A DNA stretch of 63,996 nt, filler included, from Aduncisulcus paluster (lineage: Eukaryota), in the NCBI GenBank assembly GCA_024181965.1. It is 12 parts of 12 records of this genome, joined end to end, with 100 filler letters (N's around TTAATTAATTAA, not from the genome) between each part and the next. Parts side by side here need not be neighbours in the genome. Positions count along the whole stretch, not along the records: positions 1 to 10,017 come from BQXS01011818.1; positions 10,118 to 13,015 come from BQXS01011820.1; 10 more parts are not named here. One strand, given 5' to 3'. Under the pieces are notes generated by a model, which made no database searches, had not been told where the DNA came from, and saw only the letters and a program-made list of their open reading frames with translations. The position numbers were made by a program, and so were the translations under genes. Below, one piece after another: positions 1 to 10,119 of the stretch (the stretch's first letter is position 1; every line of letters starts with the position of its first letter).

Positions 1-765
1 CACTCACCTCCATTATTTAGTCATTTTCTTCGAGATCTCCAATTTAAGTTTGATGGAACTGTACGTCGCAGAGGTATTTCAATGGTGTATCATGATACTG
101 TTGAAGTGAATGTCTTTATTTGGTATAAGACTGAGAAAGTTGGTGAAATATGTTCTGATATATTAATTCCTCCACCTCCATGTGTTTGTCCGATCCTTAC
201 AAAGGATGTGGAAGAAGAGGAAGATGAGGACGAAGATGATGATGATGAAGAAGAAGAAGAAGAGGATCGGGAAGATGCAGAAGTTGGCGGAAAAGATGAG
301 GAAGAAGAAGGAAATCGTCATGGAATTATTGATTCTGAAACTGAATTTTACGCTAAGCATAAATCTGCTGGTGAAAGGTGGTTTGATGTAACGAAAATCC
401 CACTTCGTAATCTCTCTCTTGATTTTGCCAATATCAATGGTTATTTTCTCACGGAAGATGGACACATTGCTGGTGTGGGTATGGCAAAAGAGCCAAGACT
501 GCGAGCACTTAAGCAATTGCCCTTATCTAGCGTGAAGACTTCTTCAGGTGGTTCCGATGCTTCATTGATGGCCAGTGGTGCTCAACAAGAGAGAAAACCC
601 TCAATCGATGGTATATCTGAAGAGAAAGCGACCCCATCTGTCAGAGAGGATGAGGATCCCATTCCATCACATATCCAAGTGGAAATATCGACATATGAGG
701 CTAGAGATGCCTTGAAACAGGTTCGTGAATTGTTAGGGCGGCTGGTAAAGTGGGAAGGTAAATAG
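1..765 (+). CDS. Hypothetical protein, 5'-partial, with long acidic (E/D) tract
   Basis: Frame is open from base 1 (HSPPLFSH...) through ATG 82 to TAG 765; AT-rich sequence follows; no family recognised. Confidence 0.6.
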   Translation, partial: HSPPLFSHFLRDLQFKFDGTVRRRGISMVYHDTVEVNVFIWYKTEKVGEICSDILIPPPPCVCPILTKDVEEEEDEDEDDDDEEEEEEDREDAEVGGKDEEEEGNRHGIIDSETEFYAKHKSAGERWFDVTKIPLRNLSLDFANINGYFLTEDGHIAGVGMAKEPRLRALKQLPLSSVKTSSGGSDASLMASGAQQERKPSIDGISEEKATPSVREDEDPIPSHIQVEISTYEARDALKQVRELLGRLVKWEGK

Positions 766-1108
766 ATAATATTATTTTAATAAGAATATTGTGGGTTTAC
801 ATGGAATTATTCTTATATTTTCCGCTGCATTCCTCTCAATTTTTGACAATTTGGAATTCCAATCAACATAAGACTTTTATGTGCCTTGATCCGGGACCAA
901 AACACTGTTATATTTGCTTGTGCACTTCTGATGAGGAGGCTGGGTTGATTGGTGCATCTGTCAGCATGGATTCTTGAAGTCCGTCTTTCCTTCATGTGTT
1001 GGGGGGGTTGAATGATCTCTGAGAGATTAATCATGGGAATATTTATTTTATTTTTCCGTTTAATCTTTCAAAGTGACATTATTCCTTCCCAAGAAATCTA
1101 ATTACTCA

Positions 1109-1438
1109 TGGTCTTTGAGTGCCTCGCACTCTCGACGGTCTAGATCACGCTTTATTTATCTCCTAGTGGAGTTTGGAAGATAGTTGGACCCATAGGTGAT
1201 GGCGACGTAAGAAGGCTCATAATCTCAGAGAATGGTATGGGAAGAGCATGAGCAGATGATCTATAGAGACTATAGAAAGGTCGGAAGTCACCAAATAAAA
1301 CCTTAAATCTGCCCACTATCTATACCAAACCACGCCTACGAGCCACACACGAAAAGGAAATAAGAGGCAGTGGTTGTGGATAGTTTCTGAAGTGCCACTT
1401 CTGGCATGGCCACTGCAGCGGAGCTCATAAGATTGACA
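1109..1438 (-). mobile_element. Candidate solo LTR (330 bp)
   Basis: TG...CA termini; 5-bp flanks ACTCA (1104-1108) and ATTCA (1439-1443) match 4/5; AATAAA on minus strand; 1149-1198 is 48/50 identical (reverse complement) to 59846-59895. Confidence 0.45.
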
Positions 1439-1485
1439 ATTCACGATTATGAAAATTAATCCTTTTTCAATACCTTCTTAGATCC

Positions 1486-2039
1486 CCTAAAATCGAATTA
1501 TTCAATCCAACTTTCGAATACGACGTCATCTGAATAAGATTCATGAAAAAATGATTATTTCTCGAACGATTGTTTTGCTTGATCTTATCGTATTTGGCCA
1601 TCTTTTTTAATTTAATTAATACAAATCATGGAAAAAAAGGCTTCCAAGATTACTATTTCAAGACTGCAAAGGGAATTGCTTTCTATACAAAAAGAAAAAT
1701 GCCAAGAAATCGTAATCCAACCGGCTGGTGGGGACTTATTCGAATGGCATTGNNNNNNNNNNNNNNNNNNNNCCTAAAATCGAATTATTCAATCCAACTT
1801 TCGAATACGACGTCATCTGAATAAGATTCATGAAAAAATGATTATTTCTCGAACGATTGTTTTGCTTGATCTTATCGTATTTGGCCATCTTTTTTAATTT
1901 AATTAATACAAATCATGGAAAAAAAGGCTTCCAAGATTACTATTTCAAGACTGCAAAGGGAATTGCTTTCTATACAAAAAGAAAAATGCCAAGAAATCGT
2001 AATCCAACCGGCTGGTGGGGACTTATTCGAATGGCATTG
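1486..2039. repeat. Gap-flanking duplication 1486-1752 = 1773-2039 (assembly overlap)
   Basis: Identical 267-bp copies either side of the 20-N gap at 1753-1772. Confidence 0.9.
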
Positions 2040-2406
2040 TTCATTTGCAGGCCCCGTGGGATCTGAATTTGAACAAGGAATATATCATTTTGCCATTAAA
2101 TTGCCAGTTGAATATCCTATGAAACCTCCTGTTTTAATTTCATTGAACAATAATGGAAGATGGGGGCACCAAAAGAAAATTTGTCTCTCTTTTTCCGATT
2201 TTCATCCAGAAAGCTGGAATCCCGCTTGGACAGTGAAAACCATGTGTATGGCAATAAGGTCGTATATGAGTGATGGTGGATCTGAATCAGGTGCGATTCG
2301 GACAACAAAACACGAAAAAATTGAATTTGCGAAAGAAAGCCGAAGTTATTGTTGTACTGGTTGTGGGATCGACCACAAGACTCTCCACCACCTGTGCCCT
2401 AAATGA
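1915..2406 (+). CDS. UBE2J1: Ubiquitin-conjugating enzyme E2, UBE2J/Ubc6 family
   Basis: DLFEWH..F.GP..SEFEQGIYH..IKLPVEYPMKPP; active-site region KICLSFSDFHPESWNPAW; C-terminal YCCTGCG resembles UBE2J1 FCCEGCG. Confidence 0.85.
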   Translation: MEKKASKITISRLQRELLSIQKEKCQEIVIQPAGGDLFEWHCSFAGPVGSEFEQGIYHFAIKLPVEYPMKPPVLISLNNNGRWGHQKKICLSFSDFHPESWNPAWTVKTMCMAIRSYMSDGGSESGAIRTTKHEKIEFAKESRSYCCTGCGIDHKTLHHLCPK

Positions 2407-2826
2407 GTCTATTCTATCCTCAATAATCTGCAATACAGTCTTACATATTGAAATTAAATTATATCAAACCAAAGAATCTGTTTTGTTAGGAACTGACTCA
2501 GTTGCTCGGAGCTTTTATTTAGTGGGGTACCATGTTGACGAACTTTGGTGAATCGGCAGGTTGTAAATAGTTTCTCATCACATGAATTGTGATGATCTTG
2601 CGTGTTTTGATTTGTATGGAAAGATTAGATCTTCATTTTTCAAGTTATCTTCTTGGGAACTGGTTTATTCATGAAATCAAATTCTGCCTCCGCTAACCTA
2701 TTCCGCGACTGATTGGAATCAAAGTGGAGATTATGAAATACTATTTATTGAACAATATTATTCTCTTCATATTTGAAATTGAATCTTTAATATTATATTT
2801 TTCTTTCTCTTTTTCGAGTTCTCAAC

Positions 2827-5800
2827 TTAGTAATTTAGGTAGGTTGCCATCCAAGATTTAGGCAAGTTCCTAACCCAGAGCTTTCTAACCTCATCGTAGA
2901 AGAAAATGAGTAAAGCGTAAGGAACCCCTCCAAGACAGTCAATAAACTCTATGGGAGCGGTGCTGAGGGCAGTGCTTAATCCTGGCATGAAGATGAAGAC
3001 AAGGGCAAGGACACACTCGAAGACCATTCCACTGTACATCCATCCATTCTTTGAAGGGTTCTGGAAGAAACTCTGGACTCTACGACTCACAATAAGAACA
3101 TCGGCCCACTGAACAACAATAATGGCAAAGAAAGCAGCACTCTGAGCTCTGTTAAGGATCTCCAATGGGATGTATTTTCCACTTGCAGGTGAGTTGTAGT
3201 CATAATTGAAAACCATGTGAGTCAATGGAACACCATGACGCATTAAACTGCCAAAGAAACAAGCGAAAGAGGCAAGGGCTTGGAACACACCAATCTGGAG
3301 GTAGGCGTACAAAATAAGTTTGGATGACACAAGTCTGTCCTTGGTGGGGTGTCTGGGTTTTCTCCGCATAATGTCAGCCTCAGCAGTTTCACAAGCAATG
3401 GAGATGGCTGGCCACAAATCAGTTCCAATATCGATACAAAGGATAAGGATAGTGGGAAGAGAAATGGGACATCCAAGGATGATGAAGAGAAGGAAAGGCA
3501 TAATCTCGGGAATGTTGGATGTGAGAGTGTAACAAATGGATTTCTTGAGATTCTCAAACACAAGACGACCTTGTCTTACACCCTCAACAATGGCGGCAAA
3601 GTTATTAGTCATCAGAATGCAGTCAGCAACCTCCTTGGTCACATCAGATCCAGTGATCATACTTACACCAATGTCAGCCTTACGGAGGGCAGGAGCATCG
3701 TTAGTACCATCACCGAGTGAACCAACGATCAAACCAAGACTTTGAGCGGCTTCAACAATCATCAATTTCTGTTCGGGGGCAGTACGAGCGAAAACAATCT
3801 CACGGTAACGTTTCATGACATCCTTCAAGAAGTCAACATCCATGGCAAGCAGCTCAGCTCCAGTGATAACAATGGCTTGGGCCTCATTCTCAGGAGCAAT
3901 GAGTCCACCCTCAGCTGATGTCTTGAGATCTTGGGCAGAAACACTCTCACCACTAATGATACCAATCTGACGGGCAATGCTCTGGGCAGTAAGAGGATGA
4001 TCTCCGGTAACCATGAACACACGAACACCAGCTGTACGGCAATCATGAACGGCAGCGGGAACATCTTCACGAGGAGGATCTTGGAGGGACATAAGACCAC
4101 AGAAAGTCATATCTTCAATAGGGAAGTTGAGCTCCTCGGTGTCAAAGTTATAACCTTCGGGGAAACGGCTAGGGTCAAGAGTTTGCTCACAGAAACCAAG
4201 AACACGCTCACCACGACCACCCATATCATTATAGGCAGCCTTCCAGTCAGACTTCCAGGATGAAGACTTAGAGATATCCTCAGGGACACCAGCGGCAGTG
4301 TAACGTTTGGAGGAACGAGCAAGAATACGCTCGGGGGCACCTTTCATGAGAACAGTATAATTAAGGAATTTTCCAGTGCTATTTCTCTCATCGATAATGA
4401 CAACGTGATATTTGTTTGTGGAATTGAAAGGAATCTCAGCAACAATCTGGAAACGATCACGGATAGTCTCGTAGGATTCGAACCTGGGGGGTCTTGAACC
4501 ACCAAGACCAGGGGAGGCGATATCATCACCATAGGCCATCTTTGGAAGGGTGCTAACGAAACGCAAGAGAGCGGTCTCAGAGGCATCACCAATAACGGAC
4601 TGGAGCATCTTGTTCTTTTCCTCATCAGAATCATCAAAGTTGGCCTTGTTGGCAACAGTGGCAACACGCATCAATTTGGCGAAGGCAGCTGTCCCAGCTT
4701 CACTGGTCTTAAGACCAGAGAAACACTCTTTAGCGGTGACAGTCTCAACAGTCATGAGACTGGTACCTTCTTGCCACAAATGACTCACACTCATTCTGTT
4801 CTGAGTAAGAGTACCTGTCTTATCACTGGCAATACAACTGCATGAACCCAGAGTCTCAACACTTTCAAGGTTCTTCACAAGCACGGCGTACTTCTCGAGT
4901 CTCTTGGCAGTAAGGGTCAAAGACACAGTAACAGTGGCAAGGAGTCCCTCAGGAACATTGGACACAACGATACCAATAGCGAACAAAACATTGGTCATCC
5001 ATTTGATCTCTCCACTCATATTATCACGGATAACAGCGAAAGCAAAGAAAGTAACACCGAGAACAATGGCAATAATAGAAATAATCTTCACGAAACGGTC
5101 AATTTCAATACCGATAGGGGTTTGAACTTCTTCACTGTTACTAGCACTGGCAGCAATCTTACCCATTTCAGTGAAGTCTCCACAACGGACAACAATACCG
5201 GTTCCAGATCCAGAAACCACGTTAGTTCCAGAGAAAGCCATGTTCTGAGTGTCCATGTAATTTGTGAATTTCTTCTCGGGACATCTCCAGAGGGGTTCAG
5301 ACTCTCCGTTAAGCATTGAGTGATCAACTTTCATATTCTTTGTACTAATTAAATATATATCGGCGGGAACTTTGTCTCCTTGGTTGACTTCCACAAGATC
5401 TCCTTTCACAAGATATTTGGCTTCGACTTGTTGCATTTTACCATCGATATAAACACGACATTCTTGAGGAATCATATTCGCGAACCCTTCCATAACAGCA
5501 GCAGAAGAAGCTTCTTGAACAAAAGTGAAGACACCAGTGGCAACAACAACGAAAGTAAGAACAATGGCAATGTAAATGTTACCAATATCGGCAGCATTTC
5601 CAGCAAGTTTGGGAATTAGATAGGCACCGAGAGAAAGAAGGGCACCAATCCATAATAGGATTGAGAAACTTCCAAAAAGGCAGATAAGGAATTTTACGAA
5701 CATTGGAGTTGTTTTAGGAGGAGTAAGCATATTGTACCCATCTTCTTTTAATCTTTCTTCACGATCAGCAGCAGTGAGTCCAGATTTGACGTTACAACCA

Positions 5801-6195
5801 AGACGAGTGACGACATCTTCGATATTCCACATATGAATGTAATCAATCCCAGACTCATCATCTTCAACAAATGTTTCATCAGGAATGGCAACAGATTCGG
5901 GTTCACTCTTATCTTTGGAACCACGGGTCAATTCTTGACTAGCTCTGAAGACTTCCATGGATAGTCTCAATCCACCCAATGTATTCTCATGAGTATCGCA
6001 GTCAGCAGTTCCACCAACAGTTTCAGGGCCAAGAGCCTCACCAGATCTACGGCTCATCTGAACGCGATGCCTGTCGTATTCGGAGGTGATCTCTTCAAGG
6101 GTTTGACGACTTCTCCTTAAAGCATGATCGTGATCGCATTTTGCTTTGCGTTCAGCACCAAAAGTGGAAAATGCTGTGATTTTCTTGTCACTCAT
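2827..6195 (-). CDS. ATP1A: P-type IIC ATPase (Na+/K+-transporting alpha-subunit-like)
   Basis: NGESEP, SNVPEGL, SDKTGTLTQNRMSV, EIPFNSTNKY, MKGAPERIL, DPPR, MVTGDHP, FARTAPEQK, GDGTNDAPAL, YTLTSNIPEI, CIDIGTD, FYDEVRKL. Confidence 0.95.
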   Translation of the reverse strand: MSDKKITAFSTFGAERKAKCDHDHALRRSRQTLEEITSEYDRHRVQMSRRSGEALGPETVGGTADCDTHENTLGGLRLSMEVFRASQELTRGSKDKSEPESVAIPDETFVEDDESGIDYIHMWNIEDVVTRLGCNVKSGLTAADREERLKEDGYNMLTPPKTTPMFVKFLICLFGSFSILLWIGALLSLGAYLIPKLAGNAADIGNIYIAIVLTFVVVATGVFTFVQEASSAAVMEGFANMIPQECRVYIDGKMQQVEAKYLVKGDLVEVNQGDKVPADIYLISTKNMKVDHSMLNGESEPLWRCPEKKFTNYMDTQNMAFSGTNVVSGSGTGIVVRCGDFTEMGKIAASASNSEEVQTPIGIEIDRFVKIISIIAIVLGVTFFAFAVIRDNMSGEIKWMTNVLFAIGIVVSNVPEGLLATVTVSLTLTAKRLEKYAVLVKNLESVETLGSCSCIASDKTGTLTQNRMSVSHLWQEGTSLMTVETVTAKECFSGLKTSEAGTAAFAKLMRVATVANKANFDDSDEEKNKMLQSVIGDASETALLRFVSTLPKMAYGDDIASPGLGGSRPPRFESYETIRDRFQIVAEIPFNSTNKYHVVIIDERNSTGKFLNYTVLMKGAPERILARSSKRYTAAGVPEDISKSSSWKSDWKAAYNDMGGRGERVLGFCEQTLDPSRFPEGYNFDTEELNFPIEDMTFCGLMSLQDPPREDVPAAVHDCRTAGVRVFMVTGDHPLTAQSIARQIGIISGESVSAQDLKTSAEGGLIAPENEAQAIVITGAELLAMDVDFLKDVMKRYREIVFARTAPEQKLMIVEAAQSLGLIVGSLGDGTNDAPALRKADIGVSMITGSDVTKEVADCILMTNNFAAIVEGVRQGRLVFENLKKSICYTLTSNIPEIMPFLLFIILGCPISLPTILILCIDIGTDLWPAISIACETAEADIMRRKPRHPTKDRLVSSKLILYAYLQIGVFQALASFACFFGSLMRHGVPLTHMVFNYDYNSPASGKYIPLEILNRAQSAAFFAIIVVQWADVLIVSRRVQSFFQNPSKNGWMYSGMVFECVLALVFIFMPGLSTALSTAPIEFIDCLGGVPYALLIFFYDEVRKLWVRNLPKSWMATYLNY

Positions 6196-6655
6196 TCAAG
6201 AATTCACTCAAATATTGCAACGAAAACGGCTTTTCGAAATGTCGTTATCTTTTATGGGGTTGTTCCGATTTTGATTTACTATTTTTCCCGGGAATTAGGA
6301 TTTATCGAGTATTAATTCGGGATTATCTGATTTTTTGGCCGTACTCTCCGATGTACTAAATTTATCTCGTTAATTGTTTTGTGATTAATAATATCACAAT
6401 TTGAGTTAAATATTGATGAATATCCTTTGTTACGTGAAATAAACTAAGGTGGAATGAATATTTCTTCCAAGAAATCACTTGATGCAATTCTGATTTTTTT
6501 GGTGGCAAACATGGCAAAGAGGGGAAATTTCATATGAGTAAATTTATTTTAAATTAGTGATTATTCGATATTATCCATATTGGATTCATCTAATTGAACA
6601 TATTCCAGTGATTGAATAGGTGCAGCCACAATCGGCATTTTGTGAACTCTGAAGT

Positions 6656-9600
6656 ATGTTTAAGGAGACTAAAGTTGCGTACATCATTGGTGAAACATTC
6701 AGAGATCATCTGACACCTATCATTGGTGACACTCCTGAGGTATGTTTTCCTTCATATCATTTCTCGTGCTTTGTGGTCGATTTCATGCAGTAGAGATCGA
6801 TATATCAATTAATAATGAATTAATAACCAATATTAAATTTTTTTTGCGCTCTATTTCCCATAATAGTTGCTTGTTAAAGTAGCTAATATTCCCGTGATAG
6901 AATTCATGCTTGCTCATCTTCATAACCATGGATTTGGACAAGTATGCATTTTTATTAAAGCGGATCCTAAAAAAAGAGTTCTAAAATATCTTGAAAATTC
7001 CCCCCGATGGTCGAAATCCGATTTTGTTCAGTTTAATGTTATATCTCGGAAATTTGAGAATACTTTAAGCATTATTTCACATATTAACATGAATTTGAAT
7101 CCTCCAAGCACATTTTTATTAATCGATGGGCCCGTTATTACCAATATCGATTATACCAAGTTAATGGCCTTTCATAAAGCCTCTCAATCCCGTGATATTC
7201 CATTTGATGTGACAACTGTCATGTGTGAGGATAAGGGGGGGCTTTACCCCAATGCTGATCCACGATTCCTTGCAGCCTATGATGTTGATTCATCCGAACT
7301 CGTTCATATGTCAAAGCTTTCCGTTGCTCCCAAACCTATCATTTCCATGCATTCCCAGAGTGTAGATGCTGGGGTGTCATATCGTCTTAATCCTGAGCAT
7401 ACCAAGGAGGTTGATGATGAAGAGAAGACCTCTTCCTCTGCTGTTGGCGGATCCATTGGTACTGGCGACGGTAAAGGCCTAGATCTCGTTGAAAGTGATG
7501 CGTTAACACATTTACCCATTCCTTTAATCTCATCAAACTCGATAGTGATGTCCTCAAAGCTCCAATTATCCCATGTATATGTTGTCACCGCCAAGCCTGT
7601 TATTCAGCTTATTATGGAGCAAGGACTTGATGTTGACACTATGTTTGAGCTTTTGTTGATATCTTCTGGGCAAGAAAGTATGCCTGTCACACCGTGCGTT
7701 GCTCTTCTTGAAGGTGTTAAGTTTGCTGCTTCCATTGATTGTCCAGCTGCCCTTGCCAGCGTGTGGAGATCCCTCGTGAGTGGTTATATATGTGGATATG
7801 ATCCTCTTGCCAACCTCTTATGTGAGAGGTGCGAGAGTGTCTGTGAGAGCACTCGAGAGGGTGATGAAGTTCCCGATAGAGTATGTTCTCACCGCCAAGC
7901 CTGTTATTCAGCTTATTATGGAGCAAGGACTTGATGTTGACACTATGTTTGAGCTTTTGTTGATATCTTCTGGGCAAGAAAGTATGCCTGTCACACCGTG
8001 CGTTGCTCTTCTTGAAGGTGTTAAGTTTGCTGCTTCCATTGATTGTCCAGCTGCCCTTGCCAGCGTGTGGAGATCCCTCGTGAGTGGTTATATATGTGGA
8101 TATGATCCTCTTGCCAACCTCTTATGTGAGAGGTGCGAGAGTGTCTGTGAGAGCACTCGAGAGGGTGATGAAGTTCCCGATAGAGTATGTTCTACCGCCA
8201 TTCCATCACTTCCTCCAGGAACATCCGTACCTGCAACATCTTCTTCAGCATTCTTATCACCTCTTTCCTCCATCCTCGTGAAGCATGTCGTTGCTGGAGC
8301 TCGGAAGGTTGGAGAAATCGCTGAAGAGCGGAAAATGCAGGAAATCAACCGTGAGGAACGACACAATGCATCCACAATGGTTCCTGTCCAACGTGGAAAT
8401 CTCTGTGCCATCCCTCCTGTTCAGCTTCAGGAAGTGGCCAAAGTTCTCCGTGCGTCTAGTGATGGACAGAAGAGTAGTAGCAATCCATCGACTCGTTCTG
8501 GCACCAGCTCCCTCTCTGGTCGTGGTGAAGGATCCAGCTATGCTCACACTCCCATCTCTTCCTCTTCTTCTTCTTCTGTCTCCTCTTCTTCTTCCTCATC
8601 CGTATATTCTTCGCCTCGTCTCCCTCACATTCCCCTCTCAGCTTCTTTGTTCCCGACTCAGGAATCGCTCTCAACCCATCCCTCATCAACTTCTCTCGTT
8701 TCATCATCACACGTGTATCCACCTTCTTTCCCTGGGATGAACTCGATAGCGCAGCCAGGAGCTCTCTCCTCGTCGCGGTTGTTCTCCTTGCGCAGATCTA
8801 TCTTCTGTACAAGCTCAACCAATGGTACCACAACCACCAAGATGTGTGGACGTTGTGTCCTCGGGCATAATGTGGACATTGAGAGTGGCGTTGTGCTCCG
8901 TTCCGTCTGTGTGGGTCCAGAAAGTCGCATTGGACGACAGTGTGTGCTCAGCGAAGTACTTATTGGTGAACGCTGTGTAATTGGCGCCTGTGTTCATATG
9001 CAAGAGTGTATTCTTGGAGATGGTGTTGTTGTTAAGCCTGAAGTCAAGATCGGTCCGTGTGTCCTTGTGATGGCTGGGTCTATTGTAACTCGTTCCACTG
9101 TGATCCGCACCTCTGTGTGTGGTGTTCAAATCGTTGGAGACATTGAACGTGGCGATGAGCCTCTCTCCTCTCTCAAATACTGTATGATCGCTCCTCCTTT
9201 CTCCTCTCAAGAAGGTGGCAATGTCCTTATTCACACCGAATCTGACAAAGTGAGGAATAAGAAGAATAGTCGGATTGATCGTGACCGTCGGGATATCCCT
9301 GATAATGGCAGAGGTGACGATGAGGATGACGAGGAAGAAGAGGAAGATGACGATTCTCTTGCGTGTACTCCCAACCCAATGGCCAAATACTCTCATAAGG
9401 CTACCCTACAAGAAGCTGCCCATCAGCTTGCATCCGGGAAGAGGAAGCGAGGGGAGGGTTCGAGTGGTTGGATTGAACATAGCAATGAGGATGAATACCA
9501 TGCCGAGGATGAGGAGGAGGAGGAAGATGAGGAAGACGATGCCATTATTAACACAATGCGTGAAGGAAGCGTGGATAGTATTCCCAGCTTCACTGGCAGT

Positions 9601-10017
9601 GGGATGGCATCTCCTTTGAGAAGAGCTGGAGTCGATGAGTACGAGACCAGTGATGACCAATATGATGATGACTATGCCGAAGAAGAGGAAGAATCTTCAT
9701 CCACAGCCTGGAGATCCTATATTCCTACCCCTATCGCCATTGCTCTTCCGTTCAATGTCCTTCCTTGGTATGCTATGTTCGCTATATCTGAGAGAGTGTA
9801 TCCAAAGGGTTCTAAGCGTCAACTAACGTCATCTGTGTCATCCAGTCAGAGTGGGTCGAGTGTTGGCAAGAAAGAGGAGTCTGGTATGGGTTCCAACCCT
9901 CGTTCTGCTCGTACTTACTCAGGAAACTCTCAGCTTTCGTGCACTTCTTCTCTCCATTCCTCGTATTCCCTTCCTCCTCTCCCTCCCTCTGCTTCCCTTA
10001 AGCTCCCTATTTCCATC
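6656..10017 (+). CDS. EIF2B5: Translation initiation factor eIF2B epsilon/gamma-like protein, 3'-partial; exon 1 6656-6739, intron 6740-6866, frame broken by a 304-bp duplication
   Basis: Spliced N-terminus MFKETKVAYIIGETFRDHLTPIIGDTPE|LLVKVANIPVIEFML fits the nucleotidyltransferase-like domain; FLLIDGPVITNID; hexapeptide left-handed beta-helix repeats (CVLGHNVDIESGVVLRSVCVGPESRIGRQCVLSEVLIGERCVIG); acidic C-terminal region. Confidence 0.7.
6740..6866 (+). other. Spliceosomal intron, 127 nt, phase 0
   Basis: GTATGT...TAATAG; removal joins in-frame eIF2B-like sequence. Confidence 0.85.
7586..8193. repeat. Exact 304-bp tandem duplication inside the eIF2B-like CDS
   Basis: 7586-7889 = 7890-8193; ACCGCCA microhomology at the junctions; length not a multiple of 3. 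Confidence 0.9.
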
Positions 10018-10117
10018 NNNNNNNNNNNNNNNNNNNNNNNNNNNNNNNNNNNNNNNNNNNNTTAATTAATTAANNNNNNNNNNNNNNNNNNNNNNNNNNN
10101 NNNNNNNNNNNNNNNNN
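10018..10117. other. Artificial contig spacer N44-TTAATTAATTAA-N44; 11 copies with the 12-mer at 10062, 13060, 15267, 27081, 46563, 50831, 52845, 54897, 57179, 60236, 62394
   Basis: Identical all-frame-stop 12-mer in fixed-length N runs; ORFs truncated at the spacers. Confidence 0.97.
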
Positions 10118-10119
10118 CT

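Noticed and set aside
1570..2066. Duplicate short ORFs MFCLILSY... and a second E2 start
   Set aside because: Off-frame ORFs with TTG starts inside a gap-flank duplication
10062..10073. Recurrent palindrome TTAATTAATTAA as a biological motif
   Set aside because: Always centred in fixed N runs; it is an artificial all-frame-stop linker, so adjacency across it carries no synteny information
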